From Macrostomum hystrix (lineage: Eukaryota > Animalia > Platyhelminthes), in NCBI GenBank assembly GCA_950097015.1, contig CATNEN010000007.1:1054001-1118000 (forward strand): 64,000 nt of DNA, in the 5' to 3' direction. Of this stretch, positions 33,348 through 47,544 are shown piece by piece. How positions within the stretch are numbered: position 1 is the first letter of the stretch; each line of letters starts with the position of its first letter. A program made the translations under genes and the position numbers. The notes under the pieces were generated by a model that saw only the letters and a program-made list of their open reading frames with translations, was not told where the DNA came from and made no database searches.

Positions 33348-36300
33348 ACACGAATGTAGGATATGAACAGGAACACGGATGAAGGATATGAACAGGAACA
33401 CGGATGAAGGATATAAACAGGAACACGAATGTAGGATATGAACAGGAACACGGATGTAGGATATGAACAGGAACATGAATGAAGGATATGAACAGGAACA
33501 CGAATGTAGGATATGAACAGGAACACGAATGTAGGATATGAACAGGAACACGGATGTAGGATATGAACAGGAACACGAATGTAGGATATGAACAGGAACA
33601 CGAATGTAGGATATGAACAGGGACACGGATGTAGGGTATGAACAGGAACACGAATGTAGGATAAGAACAGGAACACAAATGTAGGATATGAACAGGAACA
33701 CGAATGTAGGATAAGAACAGGAACACGGATGAAGGATATGAACAGGAACACGAATGTAGGATATGAACAGGAACACGAATGTAGGATATGAACAGGAACA
33801 CTAATGTAGGGTATGAACAGGAACACGGATGTAGGATAAGAACAGGAACACGGATGAAGGATATGAACAGGAACACAAATGTAGGATATGAACAGGAACA
33901 CGAATATAGGATATAAACAGGAACACGAATGTAGGATATGAACAGGAACACGAATGTAGGATATGAACAGGAACACGAATGTAGGATATGAACAGGAACA
34001 CAAATGTAGGATATGAACAGGAACACGAATGTAGGATATGAACAGGAACACAAATGTAGGATATGAACAGGAACACGAATGTAGGATATGAACAGGAACA
34101 CGAATGTAGGATAAGAACAGGAACACGGATGAAGGATATGAACAGGAACACGAATGTAGGGTATGAACAGGAACACGAATGTAGGATAAGAACAGGAACA
34201 CGGATGAAGGATACGAACAGGAACACGAATGTAGGATATGAACAGGAACACGAATGTAGGATATGAACAGGAACACGAAAGTAGGATAAGAACAGGAACA
34301 CGAATGAAGGATATGAACAGGAACACGAATGTAGGGTATGAACAGGAACACGGATGAAGGATATGAACAGGAACACTAATGTAGGATATGAACAGGAACA
34401 CGGATGAAGGATATGAACAGGAACACTAATGTAGGATATGAACAGGAACACGAATGTAGGATATGAACAGGAACAGGAATGAAGGATATGAACAGGAACA
34501 CGAATGTAGGATATGAACAGGAACACGGATGTAGGATATGAACAGGAACACGAATGTAGGATATGAACGGGAACACGGATGTAGGATATGAACAGGAACA
34601 CGAATGTAGGATATGAACAGGGACACGGATGTAGGGTATGAACAGGAACACGAATGTAGGATAAGAACAGGAACACGAATGTAGGATATGAACAGGAACA
34701 CGAATGTAGGATAAGAACAGGAACACGGATGAAGGATATGAACAGGAACACGGATGTAGGATATGAACAGGAACACGAATGTAGGATATGAACAGGAACA
34801 CGAATGTAGGAAATGAACAGGGACACGGATGAAGGATATGAACAGGAACACGAATGAAGGATATGAACAGGAACACGAATGAAGGATATGAACAGGAACA
34901 CGAATGTAGGATAAGAACAGGAACACGAATGAAGGATATGAACAGGAACACGAATGTAGGATAAGAACAGGAACACGAATGTAGGATATGAACAGGAACA
35001 CGAATGTAGGATATGAACAGGAACACGAATGTAGGATAAGAACAGGAACACGAATGTAGGATATGAACAGGAACACGAATGTAGGATATGAACAGGAACA
35101 CGAATGTAGGATATGAACAGGAACACGGATGTAGGATATGAACAGGAACACGGATGTAGGATATGAACAGGAACACGAATGTAGGATAAGAACAGGAACA
35201 CGGATGAAGGATATGAACAGGAACACGAATGTAGGGTATGAACAGGAACACGAATGTAGGATATGAACAGGAACACGGATGAAGGATACGAACAGGAACA
35301 CGAATGTAGGATATGAACAGGAACACGGATGTAGGATATGAACAGGAACACGAATGTAGGATATGAACGGGAACACGGATGTAGGATATGAACAGGAACA
35401 CGAATGTAGGATATGAACAGGGACACGGATGTAGGGTATGAACAGGAACACGAATGTAGGATAAGAACAGGAACACGAATGTAGGATATGAACAGGAACA
35501 CGAATGTAGGATAAGAACAGGAACACGGATGAAGGATATGAACAGGAACACGGATGTAGGATATGAACAGGAACACGAATGTAGGATATGAACAGGAACA
35601 CGAATGTAGGAAATGAACAGGGACACGGATGAAGGATATGAACAGGAACACGAATGAAGGATATGAACAGGAACACGAATGAAGGATATGAACAGGAACA
35701 CGAATGTAGGATAAGAACAGGAACACGAATGAAGGATATGAACAGGAACACGAATGTAGGATATGAATAGGAACACAAATGTAGGATATGAACAGGAACA
35801 CGAATGTAGGATATGAACAGGAACACGAATGTAGGATAAGAACAGGAACACGAATGTAGGATATGAACAGGAACACGAATGTAGGATATGAACAGGAACA
35901 CGAATGTAGGATATGAACAGGAACACAGATGAAGGATATGAACAGGAACACGAATGAAGGATATGAACAGGAACACGAATGTAGGATAAGAACAGGAACA
36001 CGGATGAAGGATATGAACAGGAACACGAATGTAGGGTATGAACAGGAACACGAATGTAGGATAAGAACAGGAACACGGATGAAGGATATGAACAGGAACA
36101 CGAATGTAGGATATGAACAGGAACACGGATGTAGGATATGAATAGGAACACAAATGTAGGATATGAACAGGAACACGAATGTGGGATATGAACAGGAACA
36201 CGGATGAAGGATATGAACAGGAACACAAATGTAGGATATGAACAGGAACACGAATATAGGATATAAACAGGAACACGAATGTAGGATATGAACAGGAACA

Positions 36301-36442
36301 CGAATGTAGGATATGAACAGGAACACGAATGTAGGATATGAACAGGAACACAAATGTAGGATATGAACAGGAACACGAATGTAGGATATGAACAGGAACA
36401 CAAATGTAGGATATGAACAGGAACACGAATGTAGAATATGAA
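33348..36442. repeat. 25-bp satellite (aacaggaacacgaatgtaggatatg), ~124 copies
   Basis: Visible array. The 372-866 aa SCSCSYPTFVFLFISY ORFs are three-frame read-throughs with 75-nt periodicity. Confidence 0.98.
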
Positions 36443-36540
36443 GTCCACTTTTGGTGGACTTTCAAGAAAATCGGTTTTTCGGCTTGGGAGCTACTAGGCT
36501 ACAACACTGCATGACGATTAAAAATGTAGGGTAGTTTTGC

Positions 36541-36615
36541 ACACCTGAGTGAGTCTGCAGAATGCACACGATTGCCTCCTCGTTGGCTTCCGGTCGACTG
36601 TCGCTAAGAATGGCG
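36541..36615 (+). mobile_element. Family B 3' fragment
   Basis: acacctgagtgagt..attgcctcctcgttggcttccggtcgactgtcgctaa resembles acacctgtgtgcgt..attgcctcctcgctggctgcgggtctagtgtcaccaa. Confidence 0.5.
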
Positions 36616-37468
36616 CCGGTGCTCACTGCTGAATATTATTTCAATTTCGATATCAATATCTGGTAATATAGTTGAGACAGTCTGATCCGGTCTTTGCGAA
36701 ATGCTGTGTTCGTACTAAAGAGTCCCGTCGAACTCTCAGGTTGCCAGGCTTTGCAATAATGCTAAGTAATCGTTAACACCGGCTTAGCGGATCGCGATCG
36801 AGATTGAACCGCTAGGAATTGAAATATTGCGCAGCAATCTAATTAAATGAAACACAGTCTTTCAGCTTATCTCGTCCCACCTGAATACTCCATCCCATTT
36901 AACTCAAGCTCAAGAATTCACCTCGTCCAGTCGATCTCAAGGCATACTCCCGCAAAGTTTCTGGGAACTGTTCAACCACAATAACCTGCAAGTGCGCCGC
37001 TGAAATCAAGAAAGAAAGCGATAGTTCTGCTGTGGCGGCATTTGTTTTGCGGACACTCACATCTAGATGGTATTTAACGAAATATTGAATCCGCACACGA
37101 CGCTGTATTTATCTTGTTGGTCTCATTTTGCGACTGAGTGAAACTTGAGACCTACGGTTCGCGTACTGCTGCTACAGCGACTGGCATGGAGAAAATGCTT
37201 GGACAACACAGAAAAATCTATTGATCTAAGGGGTTCTTATCACATAGCAAAGTTAGTATCTTTTCAACTGTTTCAATAGAGCTCGTGCGTGAACTCTGCT
37301 TGTAGCTTGTCCACTGTCGGCGGTGTTGGCTGTTTAGTTGCATTGATGGCCTTAATCTGAAAGGTTTTCGTACAACTTTAAATTGCCACGAAGTATTTAT
37401 ATCATGAAATCTGAGACAAGCCACGACGTCACTTTACCTAATCAAGGCGTCACTTCGTTGACAAACCC

Positions 37469-38116
37469 TAAGCCGTCACTGAGCCACTTCTTGGACCTGA
37501 AGCCGTCACCGAGCCACTTCTTGGACCTGAAACCGTCACCGAGCCACTTCTTGGACCTGAAGCCGTCACCGAGCCACTTCTTGGACCTGAAGCCATCACC
37601 GAGCCACTTCTTGGACCTGAAGCCATCACCGAGCCACTTCTTGGACCTGAAGCCATCACCGAGCCACTTCTTGGACCTGAAGCCATCACCGAGCCACTTC
37701 TTGGACCTGAAGCCGTCACCGAGCCACTTCTTGGACCTGAAGCCATCACCGAGCCACTTCTTGGACCTGAAACCGTCACCGAGCCACTTCTTGGACCTGA
37801 AACCGTCACCGAGCCACTTCTTGGACCTGAAACCGTCACCGAGCCACTTCTTGGACCTGAAGCCGTCACCGAGCCACTTCTTGGACCTGAAGCCATCACC
37901 GAGCCACTTCTTGGACCTGAAACCGTCACCGAGCCACTTCTTGGACCTGAAACCGTCACCGAGCCACTTCTTGGACCTGAAACCGTCACCGAGCCACTTC
38001 TTGGACCTGAAGCCATCACCGAGCCACTTCTTGGACCTGAAACCGTCACCGAGCCACTTCTTGGACCTGAAACCGTCACCGAGCCACTTCTTGGACCTGA
38101 AGCCGTCACCGAGCCA
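37469..38116. repeat. 30-bp minisatellite (gagccacttcttggacctgaagccgtcacc), ~21 copies, very homogeneous
   Basis: Visible array with only two variable sites. Confidence 0.97.
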
Positions 38117-41100
38117 TCTTTTTGTCATAAGATCGTCATCAAAGCCAGTAATATCGCCGGAGCCTTCCTAAAATGCACATGTGATTGATCGATGCGCCTT
38201 ATATCTATGCGATCATATCTATACAGAGCTAGATATGAAGTAAAATTTAAATTGTTGCCTAAATCACAAAAAGAGTTAGCGTCATACTTACCACTGTCTC
38301 AGACAAAGCAATTGTGCCACTCAGAGCCACTAAAAAAAAAAGAATTCTTGTCTTATATTTCGTTCGCGACACTTTCCAAAGTACATTTTAAAAAACATAA
38401 ATCACCATAATGATTGTCAGAGAATTCTGCCATTCAAGTGTGCGCATAGTTCGCGTTCTTGACCAGTTTTTATTTCATCCTTTTTTTCACAGAACTCATA
38501 AGAAAACTCACAAGTCTGGGCGGGTTGAGATAATAATTTTTAGCCCTACTAATCCTTCTTGAATTTTTTCGCATGTATTGAGCAAGATTTTGGACGAATG
38601 AGATGCATAACTTAGTCGGAGACAAGAGAAACGTGTAAGGTATGAGAGCTGAGCTTGAAATAAAGGGGCAGCGAGGCCAACATTTCTATGATGAGTATTT
38701 TGATCACTCGAAGCTTTGACTCCAACTAAATTATAAATACGAATACTAGGGGACAATACTTACGAGCTATATTGCGTATTGAAGCCCAGTTAAGATTCTC
38801 TCTCGGAAGTGTCCTTTCCTACTCTTCAATTTTTGAAGAACAAATCGTATTTCCTACTCAAGCAGATCGAGATTAAATTATTTGAAAGAATTGCTTTTTT
38901 AATTCATTTTGGAAGGATGCATAAAACTCATGTGAACTGCTACACTTCGGTTTAGCAGGCACACAACGCAGCATTCCTAGAAATCTGGTGTCAGCGGTGG
39001 GAACGGTGAGTTGACTTCTTCGGTGAGAAAACAGCTACTTTCAAGCAATTTGGCCTAGCTGGAGTGAATTATTGAGGCATATGGACAAATCAGAACTGCC
39101 ATTTCGGCCAGCTGAAATTTCAGTGATTTGCATTTTTTACGTATATGCGAGTTTCATACACGCGAAGGGTACCATTTTTCATAAACAGGCAAAAAGCTTT
39201 CTCTACAATGTCTTGCCTAGTATTCTTTTTCCAGATGTGCAAAAGCAATCAAGTCCGTAATGAGGAAAAAGCTAAAATGCGAACCTGTTGTGACTTAGCA
39301 ACTAATTGATGCAACTTTACTCTTTAGTCCACCTGCATTGATCACTTGTTCGTGCCTTATTCAGACTCTGCTATCTGCCTCCTGCCTTGAAATTTTAGCC
39401 TTTCATAGAGACTTCCTTCACCATGTCATTTTACGGCGCGTTCAAAGAACTGCTGCTCCATCGATGCTATTGTCCTCTTTGTGGGAACATTTGAGATTTG
39501 TAGGATTTAGTCATTATTAGTCGCTCCTGTAAAGACTCGGTACGTCACTCTTCTTCGATCTTGTCTATATATTTCTATTCGTTTAGCGAGGAGTAAAACG
39601 CATTGATGGCTTTTGAAATCATTCTGTGGACAGTGACAATGAGCCAGCAAATTAGTGAAGAATACAAGGAAAGGGACGTTAGAAGATTAGAAAGCAGCAG
39701 GTAAAAAAAGTTAGAAAGAGAAGAGGCCGAGTGGAATGCTGAAAGCTCGATAATGACTCTCAACAATGCAACGCGCGAGTTCCGCTCTGACACTAATGGA
39801 AAGCTCTAGCGAATATGGGCTAGTGGATTCTCTCCAACTCATCGCGTCCCGAGCTAGAACCTGACACCTCTTTCTCTCAGAAGGTGTTCTGTGCTGCCTT
39901 GTTTTCATTTGCCTACCGTAAATAGCTTTCCAATTTGCGTAGGTCGAAAAAACTTTACTCTAGTAAAAAATGTGTACTTTTAGACAACAGTGCTGGACAT
40001 GGCAATCGCGGTGCATCCTAGTTGCTTCAGGAACTCGCAAAAATGGTGCAGGTTTGTGCAGGTCTGCATTGTGCGCAATTTTCATAATCAAATCAGCAAA
40101 CTAGCAAATGGTACTTTCAGACGTTACTCCCAAAGTGCCAGAAAATCACAATAGAAAGTGGCAAATTGCTAGACAAAGGCATTTAAACCGTTTGTTAAAA
40201 AAATCTAATTCAGTTTAACAGCGGAAAATGTGACGCGCAAACTCACCGCACAGGCACAGCAGCAGGGCTGGCATTGGTGCCATACTTGACGTCGTCAAGG
40301 TCGAGGTCTACTAACTGCGACAGGCGGCCCGATACAATTTAGCGCTGTTGACTTTTATAGATGTAGCTTGCGACGAGCTCTGATTCGCTGTTCCCCTTCT
40401 GAGCTGTTGTCTCGGCGTCTGTTTGCCTTCCTAATTCTCTAACTGGAGCCTGGCGTTTCAGCTTGACACTCCGAGCGAGTCTCTCAGCCAGCTCAGCTGA
40501 GCTGTTCTTATCGGCCCGGCCTGCACTCGTCCTTGCGGAAGCGCCACTAGGCGACCGCTGATTGGCCAGCCCGTCGACAGCGCTAATACTCCAACGAGTA
40601 GCAGTGGTTTTCATTGGCCTGCGGTGCTGGGCTGAGTGGATTAAAGTCCCATCGCCCTGGCAGGGCTGGGGGTCGCTGTCAGCTTAATCAATCACTTGGC
40701 CAATGTGGCCCGCTAATCCACTTTGGAATTTCCTTATCGCATTATTGCCATCTTGGCTAGCTACTGGCGACCAACTTTGGTACCTGACAATCTATTGAGC
40801 ATTTCGTCATCAAACCAATATCTAGTACCTCATTAGCACTCACTGAAACTGTTTTGCAATCGAGCAATTTATTTAACGAGTTGGCTCATGCTTTCAGTTT
40901 CGATCAGTAATTTCTCCACTAGGAAATTACGAGAGTATTATTAGTACGAGTACTAATAGAGACAGGAACTATAGACTCTAATATTTCAAGCACAGATGAG
41001 AATGACATTGTTGCTGAAATAAACGAAGCTGGAACTGAACGGTGAGATCGCGGCATCTCCACACACAGCGCCTCTCCCTCTAATGGAGGCGGATTGCTGC

Positions 41101-41840
41101 GAAGATTCCTCATAACTCAGCTTCCTAGCTCGATCCACTGTTTGCTGAAATCATGCGATGCCATCCTCACTCCCCTTCGTCTCATAGCGGCCTCTCTATC
41201 TGCGGCTCCCTGCCGCTCGCTAAAAGCATGCAATTTTCTATGGCTTCTGCAGTCTCCATATGGAAATGGTCAGGTGGGTGGCTGGGCAGTTCTCGCACAG
41301 ATAAATACATACCTGATGTGTGATCACCGTCCCAACAGCCCCGGCAAACTTTGGGCCCAGAGTAAAAACAGTCAACGTCAAATAACCCTGAGTTAGCGAT
41401 AGATTACTTATTGCTAGAGATGAGGACAGAAAATGGAAGAATGCCGAGAGGCAACTGCGGAATAGCTCCATGGCTCCCTGATCAGAATTGCTCGGGTGAT
41501 CTGATCTGCTCCACTCTGTGTGGGTGTTCAGTCGATCTGCTCAAATATTGGCTCGATGGAAACAAATTTAGTTCGTTTTGGCAATGCATAAATTTGGATA
41601 TTACCAGCCCTGCTGTGTCTGAAATACAAATCTTTTTCTAAATCGTTAACATATTGTCAGCCTTTTGGTTTGCATCTAGCTTCCTTCATTTCACTCGCAG
41701 TTTTTTGTCGGCAGATGGCAAGAAAGGAGAACAAGGACAAAGTCAACGATGCTCTGACTGTTTCATCATTATTTGGAGGTCCGTAACTAGTGGACAAAGA
41801 GCTGTGAATAAGGGATAAAGAGTGTAAATGGTAGAAATTT

Positions 41841-42702
41841 GTGAATGACTGATGGGAGGTCGTGAATGACAGATGGGAAGGCGTGAATGACAGATGGGAA
41901 GGCGTGAATTACAGATGGGAAGGCGTGAATGACAGATGGGAAGGCGTGAATGACAGATGGGAAGGCGTGAATTACAGATGAGAAGGCGTGAGTGACAGAT
42001 GGGAAGGCGTGAGTGACAGATGGGAAGGCGTGAGTGTCAGATGGGAAGGCGTGAGTGACAGATGGGAAGGCGTGAATGACAGATGGGAAGGCGTGAATGA
42101 CAGATGGGAAGGCGTGAATGACAGATGGGAAGGCGTGAGTGACAGATGGGAAGGCGTGAGTGACAGATGGGAAAGCGTGAGTGACAGATCAAAAAGGCGT
42201 GAATGAGAGATGGGAAGGCGTGAATGAGAGTTTAAGAAAGCGTGAATGAGAGATCAAGAAGGCGTGAATCAGAGATCAAGAAGGCATGAATGAGAGATGG
42301 GAAGGCGTGAGTGACAGATGGGAAGGCGTGAGTGACAGATGGGAAGGCGTGAATGACAGATGGGAAGGCGTGAATGACAGATGGGAAGGCGTGAATGACA
42401 GATGGGAAGGCGTGAATGACAGATCAAGAAGGCGTGAATGGCAGATGGGAAGGCGTGAATGACAGATGGGAAGGCGTGAATGACAGATGGGAAGGCGTGA
42501 ATGACAGATGGGAAGGCGTGAATGGCAGATGGGAAGGCGTGAATGACAGATGGGAAGGCGTGAATGACAGATGGGAAGGCGTGAATGACAGATGGGAAGG
42601 CGTGAATGACAGATGGGAAGGCGTGAATGGCAGATGGGAAGGCGTGAATGACAGATGGGAAGGCGTGAATGACAGATCAAGAAGGCGTGAATGACAGATG
42701 GG
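41841..42702. repeat. 21-bp minisatellite (gaatgacagatgggaaggcgt), ~41 copies
   Basis: Visible array. Confidence 0.97.
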
Positions 42703-45690
42703 ATTGTGTGAGACTGAAGATATGAGCTGTTATTTAGACGGTCAGTGTTGTCATTTTTAATAACTGTCAATATCTATCCAGATGAAGTCTGACTGTGGCT
42801 GCATTGCTGCTTATTAAATGCAGAAGTGCGACAAATAAGAGATTGAGGCATGACCACGGGGCAGCTGAGTTCTCAGGCAATCAATCGTGAGTACTAGACC
42901 AAAAGGTGACTTTGCACTAAAAACTCAGTTCTCATTACGATGGATTTCGCGATTTCCCATAGCAATCATCGCTTTTCTCCTCACTGGACGAGCCTAAAAA
43001 ACTCGATGTAAATATTTAGGAGAGGCTGAGGGAACAACATCCTCACCGACTGTAATAATGGGTTCGCCTGGTGAGTTGTGTCCTGATCCTGTTCACCTTC
43101 TGCTTTTATATTTCTACCTGTTATGCAGTCTATAAATTGGGTGGTACATCATTGCCCCAAGCTCTGCACCAAATGCCAGTCATTCAGCGCTCCTGTCAAA
43201 CATCCGGGCTGCAGTTGTCCCCCGCGTGTAACCACCGCCGCTGCCGGCACCTGATTGCTATTGTTGCCTTGTAAAAAAAGAAACACAATTTCGCCCCGCC
43301 CCAATGGCCTACGTCAACATCCGCTGGGGAGGATGGGGTGGCTGTTGTGAGACTTCCTTCTGCGCAGGGAGAGACAGGCCTAATTTGCATGCAGCGTTGT
43401 TCCTGCCGAGTCAACGGGCAATTCATTTTTTGACAATTATTTCCTTGAATGGAAAGAAAAAGTTTGACTTTGACTTCAACAGCATTTTCTAGAGATTCCC
43501 GCCTTTCTTTGTTCTCTCCGATACCCCTTAAAGCCTGGGCTCATTGTCAGCTTCACATAAAAAAGTTCCTTAACAGTAGGACTACCAAGCCATTTTGCCG
43601 CCCGTTTTTATACCAAGAAATTTTTTGGCAGAGCCTGAATGTTAACAGCGTTGGGTGGTGACTGATTGGTTGACAGACTAGACGTTGGTGTCCTGTGGTT
43701 GAGCTGCGCCTAATATTTAACCTTGATCAGTGAAATTGGAGAAATTCGCGTCAGCGTGTCCATAGTGGCCTAGTTCCAACTGTTGTAGCCCTTGAAGGTC
43801 CAGCAGTCCCTCTGAATAAAGGTAGGTGACCACCGAAGATGGAGATGGTGCAAGGCACATTCGGGTGGCATGCGGATAAATTTTGAAGGCCTGGGAATGC
43901 CGCGCTGAGGCGCCGTGCGAATCTGTGTATAGAGGTGAATGAAATACACTAGCGCTTATGGGAAAATCTGACATTTATGCCAGAACTACTGAATATCTCG
44001 ACGGTCTGTAGAACTGGAGACTTGATTCTTGTTTAAAAGATGTGCAACAAAAAGTTGGCCCGTGTTCTTGAGTTTCCTGTGCTTGCGTTGCTCCGATCAG
44101 GTGCAGCACAAAAAAGCAGGGAGAATTCCCCCTTGTTAGTTCTATACTGTTTAAGGAACATTGTCCTCATTGGGAGTAAGACTTCTGCCTGCTGTTTTTT
44201 TCCAGCACATTGTAAACTGAATAAAGTTAGTTTGCTTTACAGTCTTTTTATTTCACAGAATCATTTTAATCGTTCAGACGAACTTTTTTAGGTAGAATAG
44301 GTAGATCATTTTATAGTGTCCTTCGCTTTCTCTTCGGAGTTTTAAATCAATAATCATATTATTATAAATGGATGAGCATGAAACACAGAGAAGTATATTA
44401 CGACAGTTCATAAATGACTGAGCGTTGAAAGGTGTATCAATAATAAATCTGGTGTTCTCATAGCACGGAGCTTAACGAACTCGAGCGGTCTTGTTGAGAT
44501 CATATTCCTATCTTGAATTAGGCAATTGTGAAATTCAAAATCTGTTACAGTGGCGGTTCTGAATGCCTGCGCTATGAATATTGCATTCGTTTTGTATAAC
44601 TCATAGCATATAAAAATGCTACATATTTCGTTCGGAATCAAATCAAAATTAAATATAAAAATCTGTTGGGAATTTATTAATTAAGCATAGTGAAACGGGT
44701 CTGTGTGGATTTGTAAGGTAGTCGTTTAATTTTTATGTAAAAATAAAAAATGTAAAAACGATTAAAAATTAGCCGTACCTGCGTTTTCTACAAATTTGGA
44801 ACTTCTTCGAATTAAATAGAGACTTGATTAAAACAAAGAAGCTTTGAAATTAAAAAAAGCGATTAACATTTTCTGGTTGTCATGGCAATACAAGCAGTCA
44901 AAATGTCTACCGCTAGACGCTAATAACATTGCTTTTGCTGCAGAAAAAAATATCTTTTTTGTACTTATGTTCGGTAAAAAAATCATAAAGGCAATATTCA
45001 GATGAATTTTATTTGATTTAAGTTATTTTCAGCTACGTTCGGGTGCTGAATATGTTCGTCTATTGAAATAGAGAAGGAAAACCTGAAAAGATTTGGCTTG
45101 GCTGTTGACTATTTTTAGTTCTGCCATTCTTTCGGAAGCATTTCGGCTCTTGTGGACGGACTTCCTGATTTTGTGCAAAAGAAAAATTCTGACTAACTAT
45201 TTCCTGCCAATTTATTTCTTTTGCCTAATTAGAGGTCCCATGAGCAGGTCTAAAACTGCAGGTGTAAGCTGCAGTTGTCTGGTTTGTCATGTCTCCTTTA
45301 CACCTAGAATATTTCAGGATTTATGGTCTTGAAGAGTTAAGCTTTAAAATTACCGATCTGTCCAGTGATTTGTGTACATTAGGTTGAAGGTAATGTTTAT
45401 CAGCTAAATAGTTGTCTTTATTTATATCATAGATGCACAAAAATGATTGGGTTTAAAGCGTTAATGATTGGCTGAAAGCCGCGGGTATGTTGCAGTCGTC
45501 TTAGCCAATCGGAGAGCAGAGAATGTTTTCACCGTTTACGTGGTAACAATCGATTAGAGCGAATCATTATCTAATACCTAAATCTGTGTATGTTTCCTGC
45601 CTAAGTCTGTCTATCTGTCCGCGTGTTACACGTTTTATGCTGAACGCCTGGACCATTTTTACCCAGATTTTGTTAAATTTATTTTAACAA

Positions 45691-46231
45691 AGTTCTCTGC
45701 TGTTTGGGGGACATTAGTTCTCTGCTACTGAGGGGACATTGGTTCTCCGCTGCTGGGGGGACATTAGTCCTCTGCTGCTGGGGGGACATTAGTCCTCTGC
45801 TGCTGGGGGGACATTAGTTCTCTGCTGCTGGGGGGACATTAGTTCTCTGCTGCTGGGGGACATTAGTCCTCTGCTGCTGGGGGGACATTAGTTCTCTGCT
45901 GCTGGGGGGACATTAGTTCTCTGCTGCTGGGGGGACATTATTCCTCTGCTGCTGGGGGACATTAGTCCTCTGCTGCTGGGGGGACATTGGTTCTCTGCTG
46001 CTGGGGGGACATTAGTTCTCTGCTGCTGGGGGACATTAGTCCTCTGCTGTTGGGGGGACATTAGTTCTCTGCTGCTGGGGGGACATTAGTTCTCTGCTGC
46101 TGGGGGGACATTAGTCCTCTGCTGCTGGGGGACATTAGTCCTCTACTGCTGGGGGGACATTAGTTCTCTGCTGCTGGGGGGACATTAGTCCTCTGCTGCT
46201 GAGGGGACATTGGTTCTCCGCTGCTGGGGGG
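45691..46231. repeat. 25-26-bp minisatellite (gggggacattagttctctgctgctg), ~21 copies with a variable G-run
   Basis: Visible array. Confidence 0.96.
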
Positions 46232-47544
46232 AGTAAGTTTTGTCTGCCTAGGTTGCCAGCCAAGAGGTGATTATGTTTGGGCCAACAGGAGTGGGGCGTA
46301 TTAACTTATTGCTTATTTTACTAAACGAGGAATGAAAACTCAGACCAAATGACCTGTTTCAGGTAATAATAATAATATATTTGTTTTTAGTTTGAATTAA
46401 CAAAACGTAATACTACGTTAAAAGTCATTAAATGTCGATGGTTGGAACGGGTCCATTGATAAAAGCCCGAATTGACTTAAAATTTTAGTTTTTTTTCAGG
46501 GAAAGCGGATTCTCCTTTCCTCCCCTCGTCCCTCCCCCTAAAGGGGAGTTTATTTGCTAGTTTAGAGATCAAATGTTTATTTAACAAGCTACCCCTTTAG
46601 AATTAATTGCGGGTAAGCATAGAGTCCCATGGTCTCTTTATTAACATATTATTTGGATTTGAAATAATGTAATGCTTGTGTATTTATAATTTTTTATTGG
46701 TGCACGACAATAAATCACTGTGTTTCTGTCTTGACAGGAATCTTCATGCAGACTTTCAGTGCCACTAATCTTGGGAGCCCGATTGATTTAACTATGTCAC
46801 TTCATCGACACGTTGCAAGCACCTGTTTCCACTAAGCCAGTAGATTAAGGTCTCCTGTAATTAAATTTATGCGGCTAAAAGCATTGGAAATGGCAGAGCG
46901 CATTAACCAAAATGGTTTCACTCGCCTCGCGGTGCTCTCCGCAATATCCACAATTTCCTGCCCCTTGGCCCCCGGGAGCAGCTGGAGCTCGAGCACAGTT
47001 CTCAAAACGAACTCGGCTGGAGGATCCTGAGCAGTTGGGACTCAGCAGTCTATCTATATAAGATAAATTTTGTGACCTCGGAACACTGAAAACTGATTTG
47101 ACCCCGCAGCGTGAGGCGCACTCACATCTGCCACCGTCTTTCTCAATCTCTCCGATGCACGCCTGCGTCAACTTTGGCTCCGGGCAGGGGTTGGGGGCAA
47201 CTGCCCTCATGCTCACACAATTTCTAGCACACTTTACTAATGGACCGAATGGACAATCAGATGTGAGGGATGGGATTGGAGAGAAACGGCGAGATTTCGG
47301 GCGAATCAAAGCATCTACTTTGGAGATTGGAATCTCACTCTGCATTGATTGAATGCGTGCATGAAGTTAATTTTGACCTTCCTTCACCATACCGATGCAC
47401 ACGATTTCTAGTGTCAGTGAGCATATCACTTGCGTCTCACGATTTATTTTAATAGTTCTCGACGAAGCACAAATATCGGCAAAATTTGTCTAGCTAAAAT
47501 AGTCTTTTGCGAGCCTAATTTAAACTCTGTTTCCTGCGATAGTG

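Noticed and set aside
33209-36465. Very long minus-strand ORFs (372-866 aa) of SCSCSYPTFVFLFISY repeats
   Set aside because: All three frames are open because the 25-bp unit lacks stops on that strand. Frames switch at indels and there is no unique coding sequence.
37383-38171. 262-aa and 228-aa ORFs on both strands
   Set aside because: They are read-throughs of a near-invariant 30-bp repeat.
46875-47345. 156-aa Cys-rich minus-strand ORF
   Set aside because: No recognisable motif, splice context or second exon. It is probably a decayed repeat.
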